Numbered from the stretch's first letter, positions 1 through 8,256 are shown. The stretch is 24,805 nt of DNA from a bacterium (GCA_049472355.1 JBLIRP010000062.1:1-24805), one strand, 5' to 3'. Made by a program: numbers and translations. Notes: generated by a model not told the origin, from the sequence alone.

Positions 1-190
1 GCTGTGTCCGCCAGAAGTCATGTTTGAAATCCCTCGAAACCGCTTCTATGGTTCTTTGCAACGCATCATATTGCTCACGACACCTTGGACATGTCCGAAT
101 ATGTTCCTTGATTTCCTCGGGGTTCGAAGATTCCTGATAGAAATATTCAATAAGCTCTTCCTGATTGAGGTGATCGCCCTTATGCCTCAT
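1..190 (-). CDS. Zinc-binding anti-sigma factor (ZAS/zf-HC2), N-terminal part; runs off the left edge
   Basis: Not in the ORF track. My translation from ATG at 190 is MRHKGDHLNQEELIEYFYQESSNPEEIKEHIRTCPRCREQYDALQRTIEAVSRDFKHDFWRTQ, open to the edge. It contains HxxxCxxC (HIRTCPRC), and its start overlaps the 3' end of the ECF sigma gene. Confidence 0.85.
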   Translation of the reverse strand, partial: MRHKGDHLNQEELIEYFYQESSNPEEIKEHIRTCPRCREQYDALQRTIEAVSRDFKHDFWRTQ

Positions 191-785
191 GGAATTCACC
201 CAATCCTCTCCTGAGGGTGCGGACCGCCCTGAAAAGCTGTGATTTTATCTGCCCCTCACTGATATTTAATTCCTTGGCAATATCCTTGATCTTGAGTCCC
301 TCAAAATGTTTCATGAAAAATACGGCCCTTTGCTGGTCCGGCAATGTGTCCACCAATCTATCGATATGGCTTCGCAACTCCTGATTCAGCACGGTCTGCT
401 CCGGGGATAACCGGGCATCCTTGACGGTATCGAAGGGATCCATGGATTGTTCCCCGTCGTGATCCGTTTTCCCCCATCTGATCGCGTGTTTAAAAAATGT
501 ACGCCATGTGCCGCTCTTTTGTTGATCCAGGCATTGATTGACAATGACCTTCTTGAGCCATGGGAAGACGGCAATATCAGCGTTCGAATTGACGATGAAC
601 GTATACAGCCGGACAAAGGCATTCTGTGTAATGTCATCCGCCTCATCCCAATCCTTCAGATATCGAAAGGCCAAAAAATGAGCCTTTTTTTGATACCTGA
701 TGAGCATCTCTTCAAAGGCCTCTCCATGCCCTTCCCGGATCAATGCAATGATCTTTTCGTCATCCATTGGTGATTGCTTTTCCAA
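180..785 (-). CDS. ECF-subfamily sigma-70 factor
   Basis: Region 2 motifs (AFEEMLIRY, EADDITQNAFVRLY, WLKKVIVNQCLD) and region 4 motifs (LPDQQRAVFFMKHFEGLKIKDIAKELNISEGQIKSQLFRA). Start is TTG 785 or ATG 767. Confidence 0.93.
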   Translation of the reverse strand: MEKQSPMDDEKIIALIREGHGEAFEEMLIRYQKKAHFLAFRYLKDWDEADDITQNAFVRLYTFIVNSNADIAVFPWLKKVIVNQCLDQQKSGTWRTFFKHAIRWGKTDHDGEQSMDPFDTVKDARLSPEQTVLNQELRSHIDRLVDTLPDQQRAVFFMKHFEGLKIKDIAKELNISEGQIKSQLFRAVRTLRRGLGEFHEA

Positions 786-805
786 TTACGTTCCATAGTA
801 ATTTA

Positions 806-832
806 AACGACAAGACCACAAAAAGGTTTACA
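806..832 (-). promoter_or_regulatory. ECF-type promoter upstream of the sigma gene (probable autoregulation)
   Basis: Minus strand reads TGTAAAC-ctttttgtggtcttgt(16 nt)-CGTT, the AAC/CGT pattern typical of ECF promoters. A near-identical copy lies at 1654-1680. Confidence 0.75.
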
Positions 833-959
833 TCTCCTTCCAACCGATCATGGTGTGACTCTATCATATCATCCCCTATACGTTCCAGTTGTCCCTGTAT
901 CGATAAAGACGCGAGAAGCGCTCTTGAATCCCACGGGTATGGGCTGTGTTGGTATATAG

Positions 960-1007
960 ATACGGCGCGGGCCCCGCCATTGCTCCATGGCGGGGCCCGC
1001 GCCGTAT
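960..1007 (-). terminator. Perfect 21-bp GC-rich hairpin downstream of the Spy-like gene
   Basis: ATACGGCGCGGGCCCCGCCAT-tgctcc-ATGGCGGGGCCCGCGCCGTAT, 40 nt after the stop codon. The U-tract is weak. Confidence 0.6.
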
Positions 1008-1046
1008 TCACACGGTATCATCGATACCTGTTTGTTCAAGGACATA

Positions 1047-1544
1047 TTACAGAGAAGGACGCCCCTTTCCCCGTGGATATCCCCAACGCTGACCCTGTCC
1101 GAATGTCTCGCACATATAGAGGCTGTCCCTCTGCTCTTGCGTCAAAAGGGCCGAGATCTGCTGCCGATATCGCAGGCGCTCCTTTTCCCGCTCCTTCCAC
1201 TGATTGGCGCCCTGGTCCAGAAATTTTTCCAAGGCCGCATGATCCGCATCCGTCCCATTCTGCAGAGCATCCATCTGATTTCTGCAGGTACGCATATCCT
1301 GCCTGATCCGGTCCATGTTCGCCAGGTGTTCCTCCCTGATCTTTCTGAGCCGGGCGATCTGATCGGATGAAAGGTCCAAATCGGCCAGGCAGGCATTGAC
1401 GCCCCTTTGCCCGGGCCCCCTGCCATCTTCCCCTTGCGGGCCGATACATCGTCCCCTGCCGGGACCACGGGCCTGCCCGATCGATACGGTTGCACACAAA
1501 AGTATGATGACCAGAATGACGCTCATAAACGATGCGCGTTTCAT
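1047..1544 (-). CDS. Periplasmic Spy/CpxP/ZraP-like (LTxxQ) protein
   Basis: Signal peptide, Gly/Arg-rich linker, LDLSSDQ and LLTQEQR motifs flanking a helical core. Strong RBS (AAGGAGG) before ATG 1544. Confidence 0.8.
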   Translation of the reverse strand: MKRASFMSVILVIILLCATVSIGQARGPGRGRCIGPQGEDGRGPGQRGVNACLADLDLSSDQIARLRKIREEHLANMDRIRQDMRTCRNQMDALQNGTDADHAALEKFLDQGANQWKEREKERLRYRQQISALLTQEQRDSLYMCETFGQGQRWGYPRGKGRPSL

Positions 1545-1653
1545 AGATTCCTCCTTTTTTAAGGTTAATGGTTAGTCTCAATCTCCGGGAGATAGCTGAT
1601 GGAAATGCCCTCGGCATTCATCGTTTTCCACACCCTCTGCTTATGGTAGTAAT

Positions 1654-1680
1654 AACGACTAATGAACCAAAAGGTTTACA
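1654..1680 (-). promoter_or_regulatory. ECF-type promoter upstream of the Spy-like gene
   Basis: TGTAAAC-cttttggttcattagt(16 nt)-CGTT; shares TGTAAACCTTTT-N9-GTCGTT with 806-832. Confidence 0.75.
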
Positions 1681-2013
1681 ATTGCGGCACGGGCACATCG
1701 GTCTCCTGCGATGCGCCTTCTGTCCGGTCCGGACGAACGGATCGGCTCAATCCATCACAATCATCTCCGCACATATGGGAGAATTGCATGGGGAGATCTC
1801 CTTACTGGAAGGCCTGAGCAAATCGAAGGCATTGCGGTTAGGCAGGGCATATACGGAACATGGCGCTATGACACGGGAGGCCCCATCGAATGAATTGCGG
1901 TATTTCCGTACAGATGAACGTGGGGGAGACAATCGCGCGCAACCGCTCAGGAGCCCCCTTTCCCATAGGATGTTGAGCAATTACGATTGCGCGCTTTAAA
2001 GCATGTATCGCAT

Positions 2014-3015
2014 TTAAGGCTGATATTTCCCCACGCTGAAGGTGCCGAGAAAATCGTAGTTGTTGGTCCCTCGTATCCTGACACTTCCGGAAAAACCGGC
2101 ATTCGTTATCTTCACATTATCGAACGTCCAGGTATAGTCGCAGATGAGATTGGATAGATCATTCAAGAGCTCATCCCCGGTGAAATTGAAGTAGTGTGCT
2201 AAGAGCCACCTGCTGTACTTGTCGACCCATCCGGAGAGCTTCACCTCGTCCGATTCACCATGCCAATCCGGGAAGTCCTCGACATCCCATCCGGTGATCT
2301 CCACCGTTCCGCTGAGGCTCCCGCCGGTCTGGATTTGCGAGGTGATGTGAAAGAGGATGTCTCCTGCCTCCTCCTCCACCATGATCTCCATGCCGTTGGG
2401 ATCGGTTTCAGTTTTCAGGGTATTCCACGAACCGGACCAGTAGCCGCGTATATCGGGGATGTCATCGGTGACGACATCGTCGTCATCATCGTCATCATCG
2501 TCGCTGCCTCCGGTAGTGGTATAATTGGAATTTGTATTGGTGGTGCCATACCCCCAGGGAAGCCAGGAATTCAGGGGATTATACGGCAGATTGAGTGACT
2601 GATAGGGGTTGTAGCCCTGGAGGGTGTTCCCGAACATCGTCTGCAGGGAATAGTTCCCTTGAAGCAGTGCCGTATTACCATATTGAGCGCGGTACAGTAA
2701 GGAATTAGTATTGAAGGCGTACTGGGGAACCATACCGCCCAACATGCCGTAGGGTGTGGCCGCCCCATATAGCCCTGCCATTTGAGGCACGTATCCATAC
2801 ATCGAAAAGGGGGTGAGCCCCATTCCCTGGCCTAAATAAGGGATCCCATATGACATGGCGGGAAGCCCAAAAAGACCGCCCATCAACGGGGAAAACATCG
2901 CTTGAAAGGGGAAAAATTGTGCGAATACCACCGGAGCGATGCAAAGGCTCAGCCACAGAAGACTTGCGATAAGAACTATTAGAAATGATCTGATGCGATC
3001 CTTATGAAGCCTCAT
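2014..3015 (-). CDS. Secreted protein: Gly/Tyr/Met/Pro-rich N-terminal region, poly-Asp linker, acidic beta-rich C-terminal domain of unknown family
   Basis: Start revised to ATG 3015 (MRLHKDRIRS...), preceded by GGGAAGGA. Signal peptide ends VFA|QFF. Run of nine Asp at about 2476-2502. The C-terminal domain begins IPDIRGYWSGSW. Confidence 0.75.
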   Translation of the reverse strand: MRLHKDRIRSFLIVLIASLLWLSLCIAPVVFAQFFPFQAMFSPLMGGLFGLPAMSYGIPYLGQGMGLTPFSMYGYVPQMAGLYGAATPYGMLGGMVPQYAFNTNSLLYRAQYGNTALLQGNYSLQTMFGNTLQGYNPYQSLNLPYNPLNSWLPWGYGTTNTNSNYTTTGGSDDDDDDDDDVVTDDIPDIRGYWSGSWNTLKTETDPNGMEIMVEEEAGDILFHITSQIQTGGSLSGTVEITGWDVEDFPDWHGESDEVKLSGWVDKYSRWLLAHYFNFTGDELLNDLSNLICDYTWTFDNVKITNAGFSGSVRIRGTNNYDFLGTFSVGKYQP

Positions 3016-3360
3016 AGTAAAATCCTTCCCAATTCCTTCTCCCTGCATACGCACGTTCACTCCACAAGGCGGAATATGCTTAAGAACAGGCGAGATAATG
3101 CCGCATGCATACATGCCCCTGCGATCCACGAAGCGGTGCAGATCAAGGAAAGATCGGCAGGAGGAGAAACAGAATCCTCTCCGGCCGGATTTTGAGATGG
3201 GCGATAACAAATCCGGTAGAGAGGATTCTTAAACACATGGTCATTCGGGCGGAGGGTGCCTAACTGCAAACTCCTAAAAGTCCTCTTGTATGAACCTTCC
3301 CTCCGCCTTTGCTATCATCTTCCTTGTCATCATTATCTCGCCCAAGATTTGTCCAATAAT

Positions 3361-4200
3361 CTATTCTACGGTAATCTCAACCTCGAACGTACCTGCTGTT
3401 GCACCCGACGTGTTCGTGTATTCCAGGATAATGGTGGTAGTGCCGGGGTCCTCCGCATCAAAGATCCACTGTTCGGTGCCGTATGATGATAGATAATAGG
3501 CGCTGTCAAAATCAACCACATCATCGTCAAGATCATCATCGTCGAGCACGTAGTAATAACCATAATTATGGTACGCCGACAGGGTGATGCTGATCGTATC
3601 GCCCTCATCAACGGTGATCTCGTCCCCATCGTCACCCGAATCCAATTCGACATCGGCGTCTTTATATGACGTGGCAGTGGAAAAGCCGGATATCCCGCTA
3701 TATGACCCGTAATATCCGGAATACGCATAGGGGGAGCCGTAACCGGTTCCATACATACCGTAGCCGCCGTACCCACTATAGCCATAGGGGCTTCCATAAC
3801 CATAGCCGGTTCCGTAACCGCCATACCCGCCGTACATGGACTGCATCCCATAGGGCTGAGCATACCCGCCGTACCCACCGGACATGGGCTGCATGCCATA
3901 GGGCTGCGCGTAACCGCCATACCCGCCGTACATGGACTGCATGCCATAGGGCTGCGCGTAACCGCCATACCCGCCGTACATGGACTGCATGCCATAGGGC
4001 TGTGCATACCCGCCGTACCCACCGGACATGGGCTGCATGCCATAGGGCTGCATGAGGCCGCCCCCATAGATGGATGGATAGTACCCTGAATATCCAAAAT
4101 ACTGGGCATTGCACAGGTTAACAAAGACAATGGACATAATGAAGACAACCGATACACACGCTACAAATCTGATAACGTTCTTATAAGAGAAATAAGACAT
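3361..4200 (-). CDS. Secreted Gly/Tyr-repeat protein with a C-terminal chagasin/inhibitor I42-like domain (degenerate)
   Basis: RBS AAAGGAG; signal peptide ends CNA|QYF; five 16-aa repeats. The C-terminus ITVDEGDTISITL...GY...TEQWIFDAEDPGTTTIILEY...FEVEITVE fits the I42 strand pattern. Confidence 0.8.
   Translation of the reverse strand: MSYFSYKNVIRFVACVSVVFIMSIVFVNLCNAQYFGYSGYYPSIYGGGLMQPYGMQPMSGGYGGYAQPYGMQSMYGGYGGYAQPYGMQSMYGGYGGYAQPYGMQPMSGGYGGYAQPYGMQSMYGGYGGYGTGYGYGSPYGYSGYGGYGMYGTGYGSPYAYSGYYGSYSGISGFSTATSYKDADVELDSGDDGDEITVDEGDTISITLSAYHNYGYYYVLDDDDLDDDVVDFDSAYYLSSYGTEQWIFDAEDPGTTTIILEYTNTSGATAGTFEVEITVE
3811..4050 (-). repeat. Coding tandem repeat, 5 x 48 nt (QPYGMQ[PS]M[SY]GGYGGY[AG])
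   Basis: Visible directly in DNA and protein; no spacers. Confidence 0.95.
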
Positions 4201-4791
4201 TTTCTGCTTAACTCCTTTCTATGTCACTTTTAATAACCTTGATTCTGTGCTCAAAAAATCTATTTAACAATTTATGATTTTCAATTATCCTCCTTTGTCT
4301 AAATAACTATTATATACCTATTATTAAGTCACCTTTATTCAATCAATGCAATTGATTATCAAACGATTAAAAAATATTTCTGTCAAATCAATAAGTTGAT
4401 AATAGTCATTGCATAAATTATGGAATGTGAGACGATACTCATATAATTATTAAATTACTATTGCAATATTATACAAATGGATCTATAAATCATACTAAAT
4501 AGCCTAACAAACAGATATAATTAACAACCACCCCTAAAAGGGGTATAAATTATTTTTAATAGGTAATCCACCACTAAAAGTGGTGGTTTTTACAGTCAAT
4601 AAAATATTGACATTGTTTTAATTATGACTTGGCAAATACTTATTTATCTTTTATCTGTACGCTTTTTTTTAAAGCATACCATTGATAATTTATCGATTTT
4701 ATCACCTCAATAATTTTAAGAATTCAAGCAACTTTGTTAATTACCTTATGTTCTTTATGGGATGTCTGCATTCTAACCAAATAGTGTTAAG

Positions 4792-4807
4792 AGCAATTAT
4801 TATGCCA
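4792..4807 (-). promoter_or_regulatory. Sigma54 (-24/-12) promoter facing the Gly/Tyr-rich gene pair
   Basis: TGGCAT-AATAA-TTGCT; IHF-like site TTTCAATAGGTTA at 4824-4836 just upstream. Confidence 0.7.
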
Positions 4808-5224
4808 CACACCTATAACAGTTTAACCTATTGAAAACCTGTTAATATTTTTAAAAAAATAAGGGCAGCGGTCCCGGCGCATTCGACCAAATGAACAATG
4901 TCGCACGACTCAACGGGCGAGATGCCTTGCCCTTCACTGCACGTACATCAGCCTTCTGCGATACGATACAATGTACTGCCAGGGCTATGCCTACCAACAA
5001 GGCCTCCCTTCTTCACGTGCGCTGCGCTATTCTTACAATGTCACTTATTCAGGCAACGGGGCCATGCAGTCAATCCGTATGAAGTCTTCCCCGTATCGGG
5101 AGATTGGTGACGCCGATTGAATCTTTTGGATATTGCCTTCGGGGGACGATTTAGGCGGATGAAGGGTAGGGTTTACGTAATGAATAAAAAAAGAATCCTC
5201 CTTGCGAGACGATGTGAGGATTCC

Positions 5225-5291
5225 CATGAATAATCAGTCCTTGACATGAATAATCAGTCCTTGATATGAATAATCAGTCCTTGATATGAAT
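5225..5291. repeat. 20-bp tandem repeat, about 3.3 copies (ATGAATAATCAGTCCTTGA[CT])
   Basis: Directly visible; the unit spans the last codons and stop of the 5274-5612 gene. Confidence 0.95.
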
Positions 5292-5612
5292 CGAAGAAAA
5301 TAATTCATAATTGCTCGGGCACTTTGATCTCACGTATTCTTCAACCATGTCTTTTTCATCTTGGGTATCCGCCTCACCCCGGACAATGATCGTTTCAGCA
5401 TTCCTATCCACATAGACATCGAACATCTTCTCATGAACGACGATCGCCCAGTGCATGAGGTCTGATTTTTCAATCTCTTGTCTTAGATCTATTTTCCCTC
5501 TTGAGGCCTCAACAGGAGCCGAATGGATCCCGATGAACATAATAACCAGAAAAAGCAAACTGATGGCCTTTATAAAGGTTCTTTTTGAATACATTGCCGT
5601 TTTTCTTCCCAT
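5274..5612 (-). CDS. Small exported BON-like protein
   Basis: Signal peptide ending VEA; VYVDRNAETIIVRGEADTQDEKDMVEEY resembles the BON core. RBS GAGGAG. Paralogue of 5849-6172. Confidence 0.65.
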   Translation of the reverse strand: MGRKTAMYSKRTFIKAISLLFLVIMFIGIHSAPVEASRGKIDLRQEIEKSDLMHWAIVVHEKMFDVYVDRNAETIIVRGEADTQDEKDMVEEYVRSKCPSNYELFSSIHIKD

Positions 5613-5619
5613 TCTCTCC

Positions 5620-5820
5620 TCACTTGTTCCCTTCGGGATTGTTGAAGGCTACTGCCTTCATCTCCAGGCCGGTATTGAGCAAAAGCATTCTAAATGGATT
5701 CCCCTGCTCAAAAAACCGTGATTCCAAAGACTGGTAGTACGTCTCTGACTGTCGAATAGGCAGCAGTCCTGTCTTTACATGCCTGCCAAAAACCTTCCTT
5801 ACGACATTCTCAATGAACAT
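5620..5820 (-). CDS. Hypothetical 66-aa protein
   Basis: Strong RBS (AGAGGAGGAG). Tightly packed between the two BON-like genes (28-nt and 7-nt gaps). Confidence 0.6.
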   Translation of the reverse strand: MFIENVVRKVFGRHVKTGLLPIRQSETYYQSLESRFFEQGNPFRMLLLNTGLEMKAVAFNNPEGNK

Positions 5821-5848
5821 ATTGCTCCTCCTCTTTCAAATTCTGTTG

Positions 5849-6172
5849 TTAATATCCAAAGGTAAGATCGTAATTTACGTGATAATCGGATGGCGTCCTC
5901 AACCTGAAGTACTGTTCCACACGATCCTTTTCCTCCCAACCTTCGACAGCACCTCGTACTGTTACGGTTTTTTCAGCGTGATTGATGAAAACGCCAAAAA
6001 CCTTACCATCGATTTCTACCCTTCGTGCAATGGTCAATGACCCTTTCATCAACTCATTGAGATTTGAAGATCTTTGGGTCGCTTCCACAATCCTTGAGTT
6101 TGGGAAAAAACATACTGCAAGAACTATTGCAGTAATCGCCAAGAAAATTCTCCCCTGTGATCCATGTCGCAC
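5849..6172 (-). CDS. Small exported BON-like protein
   Basis: GTG start after AAGGAGGTGAGG; signal peptide ending VEA; VFINHAEKTVTVRGAVEGWEEKDRVEQY. Confidence 0.7.
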   Translation of the reverse strand: MRHGSQGRIFLAITAIVLAVCFFPNSRIVEATQRSSNLNELMKGSLTIARRVEIDGKVFGVFINHAEKTVTVRGAVEGWEEKDRVEQYFRLRTPSDYHVNYDLTFGY

Positions 6173-6393
6173 TATTTCCTCACCTCCTTTCTCTTTTCTA
6201 CATTGTTTGATTCGTTCATTATCATGGGTTACCCTTATAATTGCCGATCATACAAACCGCAGCGGGTGTGATGCCGCGTTTATGGCTCAAATCACTGCAT
6301 AAAAATCGATGTGTTGGAATCGGCACTTACGCGTATGTCTTACAACTCCTTGATGTTTTTTTTCGGTTCCCTTTATGAACTACACCGTGTTAC

Positions 6394-6410
6394 ATCAAGT
6401 TGTGTGCCAA
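6394..6410 (-). promoter_or_regulatory. Sigma54-like promoter for the BON-like operon
   Basis: TTGGCAC-ACAAC-TTGAT; a perfect IHF consensus TATCAACTGCTTG lies at 6414-6426. Confidence 0.55.
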
Positions 6411-6847
6411 ACCCAAGCAGTTGATATATGATATTGAAAATAAAGATTAATTACGAATTCGGATTTAATTTGAATTGCTGCTTATCTCGACGTGCAAGGC
6501 GATCCATAGCCACAATTGTCGAATCATACTGCTGGGAAAGGAATTGTTGGTAAGGGCTATGCGTCTAAGGAATTGCTTCGGGCCAGATGTCCCATTTCCA
6601 AAGGCTGTTAGCCAAGGGCACTTGAGAGATCTTCTGCCATGAACCGTTCCGAGATAGAGGTGTTTCGCGTCGCTGCACAGATGAACGATTCCCACAATGG
6701 ACCGTTCGTAAGTGTGAATCGCCCCATCCATGAATTGTTACTGCTTCTTCCTAATACGACCATTCGGTCGATTTTTTTCACGACCTGGAACCCGTTCAAA
6801 GCAAATTATTCCTTAATTTTCAAAAAAATAAACCAAGGTCTCCTCAT

Positions 6848-6863
6848 TGGCATGATTATTGAG
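6848..6863 (+). promoter_or_regulatory. Sigma54-like promoter upstream of the receiver pseudogene
   Basis: TGGCAT-GATTA-TTGAG after an AT-rich tract; GGAG RBS and ATG 6916 follow. Confidence 0.5.
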
Positions 6864-6915
6864 ATATGGATATAATATATAATAAAGACTGAAGTACAAT
6901 TACAGTGGAGACGCT

Positions 6916-7294
6916 ATGGTTCGGACAAAAAAGGATCAGTGGAGAAAACATATTTTGGGACAAGGGGAGACCATACCTCGAAAGGTTTTGATTGTGAAAT
7001 ATTCACATCTTCAGCCCAAATCATACGGCATTGTATTCAGTAATTATTCCGATTGGGAATTGCTCTTTGCTGCAAACGGGCTTGATGCCATGGGTCTCAC
7101 CAACCTGCACAAGGATGTCGACCTGATCATCTCGTATACGGCCATGTCCATGATGTGAGATCTTATTTTTGAAAACGCTGTCACATACGGCATGCACAGG
7201 CATCCCCGGGATTGAGCCGGATTTGAACATAATGACGTATGGTCCGAGAGATGCAAAACAGGTAAAGGGGGCTATCGCGACCCCATGGAAATAA
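6916..7294 (+). pseudogene. Degenerate, frameshifted CheY-like receiver-domain gene
   Basis: Frame 1 reads RKVLIV...ELLFAANGLDAM...DVDLIISYTAMSMM* (stop 7158). The +1 frame continues EILFLKTL...GIPGI...KGAIATPWK* (stop 7294), matching the IPVI and KP(W/F) positions of receivers. The acidic pocket, phospho-Asp and conserved Lys are all substituted. Confidence 0.7.
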
Positions 7295-7422
7295 GACGCT
7301 TGTATCGGTTTATATGAAAATAATCCAGCAATCTCTTGTTTTATTTATTTTCATGCTTCGTTGTGATCGGTAGATCATGGCCGTTAATCGGAACAATCGA
7401 TGATTGAAAGGGCCTGAAAAAA

Positions 7423-8052
7423 ATGCATTATATACTCTTACTCCATGGAATGATTGCCATCTGGGTATTGATCGACGGACACAGGCGAAAGGCGAACCTT
7501 GTTCCTTGGGCAATCGGGGCAACATTACTTGGGCCGATTATCCTTCCTTATTATGTTCCCCTACGTTCGTCAAAGTCACATGAGTCACCAAGAGACAGGG
7601 AAGCGCAAATCCTCCTTAAGGGGCTTGCCGTATGCTGGGCCCTCATGTTGGCCGTGGTCAGCATCTGGGGCGGGAGGCTGCCTGTCAATCTCATTAATAA
7701 CGAACCCCTGGAGTACCGACTGGCAATCATCAGCACCAAGGGGAATGTCCGGTACAATGACGCGATCGTTAGCCGCTTTCGTTGCCTGCTGGACGAACTG
7801 TCACAGAACTATGTTGAAGACCCACGGCAAATCGCCAATATGTCCGTGATTGTCAGAAATAAACTGAAGGGATATGGTATACAGGAATCCTTGCTCACCA
7901 TCATGGAAGGGCTGAATCAAATCCTGTGGCCTCCTGATTCCCCCAAAAAAAGATATTCCGAATTTGCCTTTGCCTATGCCGACTTGAGAAACAAGGGATT
8001 AACCCACCAGGATGCCGTTGAAACCATCCAGGCATTGGTAAGCGGCTATTGA
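7423..8052 (+). CDS. Hypothetical membrane protein (about 3 N-terminal TM segments, helical soluble C-terminal domain)
   Basis: 209-aa ORF with IAIWVLIDGHRR...WAIGATLLGPIILPYY (PLDc_N-like TM hairpin) and a third hydrophobic segment. Confidence 0.7.
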   Translation: MHYILLLHGMIAIWVLIDGHRRKANLVPWAIGATLLGPIILPYYVPLRSSKSHESPRDREAQILLKGLAVCWALMLAVVSIWGGRLPVNLINNEPLEYRLAIISTKGNVRYNDAIVSRFRCLLDELSQNYVEDPRQIANMSVIVRNKLKGYGIQESLLTIMEGLNQILWPPDSPKKRYSEFAFAYADLRNKGLTHQDAVETIQALVSGY

Positions 8053-8256
8053 GAAGATGAAACGCTCATGAGCCGGATGATACTGCGAATGTCGAATGTC
8101 AAAGTGAAACGCAGATGAGACTTCGGCTCACAAAGAAGCATGAAAATGCCGGATAGGGATTTTCAGGTGAAAGTTAAAAGCCGTCACGCAGCATATCCGC
8201 TGTATGAAACCGACTCAACCGTCCCTCATGCGCATGATCGCAGATCCGTCCTTTGA

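Noticed and set aside
1568..1999. 143-aa plus-strand ORF and other short ORFs in 4891-5227 and 6465-6875
   Set aside because: No clear RBS or motifs; they overlap promoter or probable upstream activator regions.
3016..3210. N-terminal extensions in the ORF track (also 10587, 11335, 17221 and 20959)
   Set aside because: Downstream starts fit RBS position, signal peptide or family N-terminus better.
3811..4050. Repeat as a CRISPR array or multi-core RiPP precursor
   Set aside because: In-frame coding repeat with no spacers, no protease-site pattern between units and no modifying enzymes nearby.
3366..4157. Cys-rich 263-aa alternative-frame ORF (SPMACSPC repeats) and Arg/His-rich antisense ORFs
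   Set aside because: Frame-shifted readings of the Gly/Tyr repeat; the 3361-4200 frame has the RBS, signal peptide and folded domain.
4681..4698. Fur-box-like ATTGATAATTTATCGATT
   Set aside because: Spacing differs from the katA/perR sites, and such matches arise by chance in AT-rich DNA.
5225..5291. Possible CRISPR array
   Set aside because: Repeats are head-to-tail with no spacers, overlap a gene end, and no cas genes are present.
6173..6393. Known riboswitch (for example c-di-GMP) in this or the other long leaders
   Set aside because: No recognisable consensus by eye; an Rfam scan would be needed to exclude one.
8053..8256. Pho box upstream of the phosphate porin
   Set aside because: No convincing CTGTCAT-type direct repeats at 11-nt spacing.
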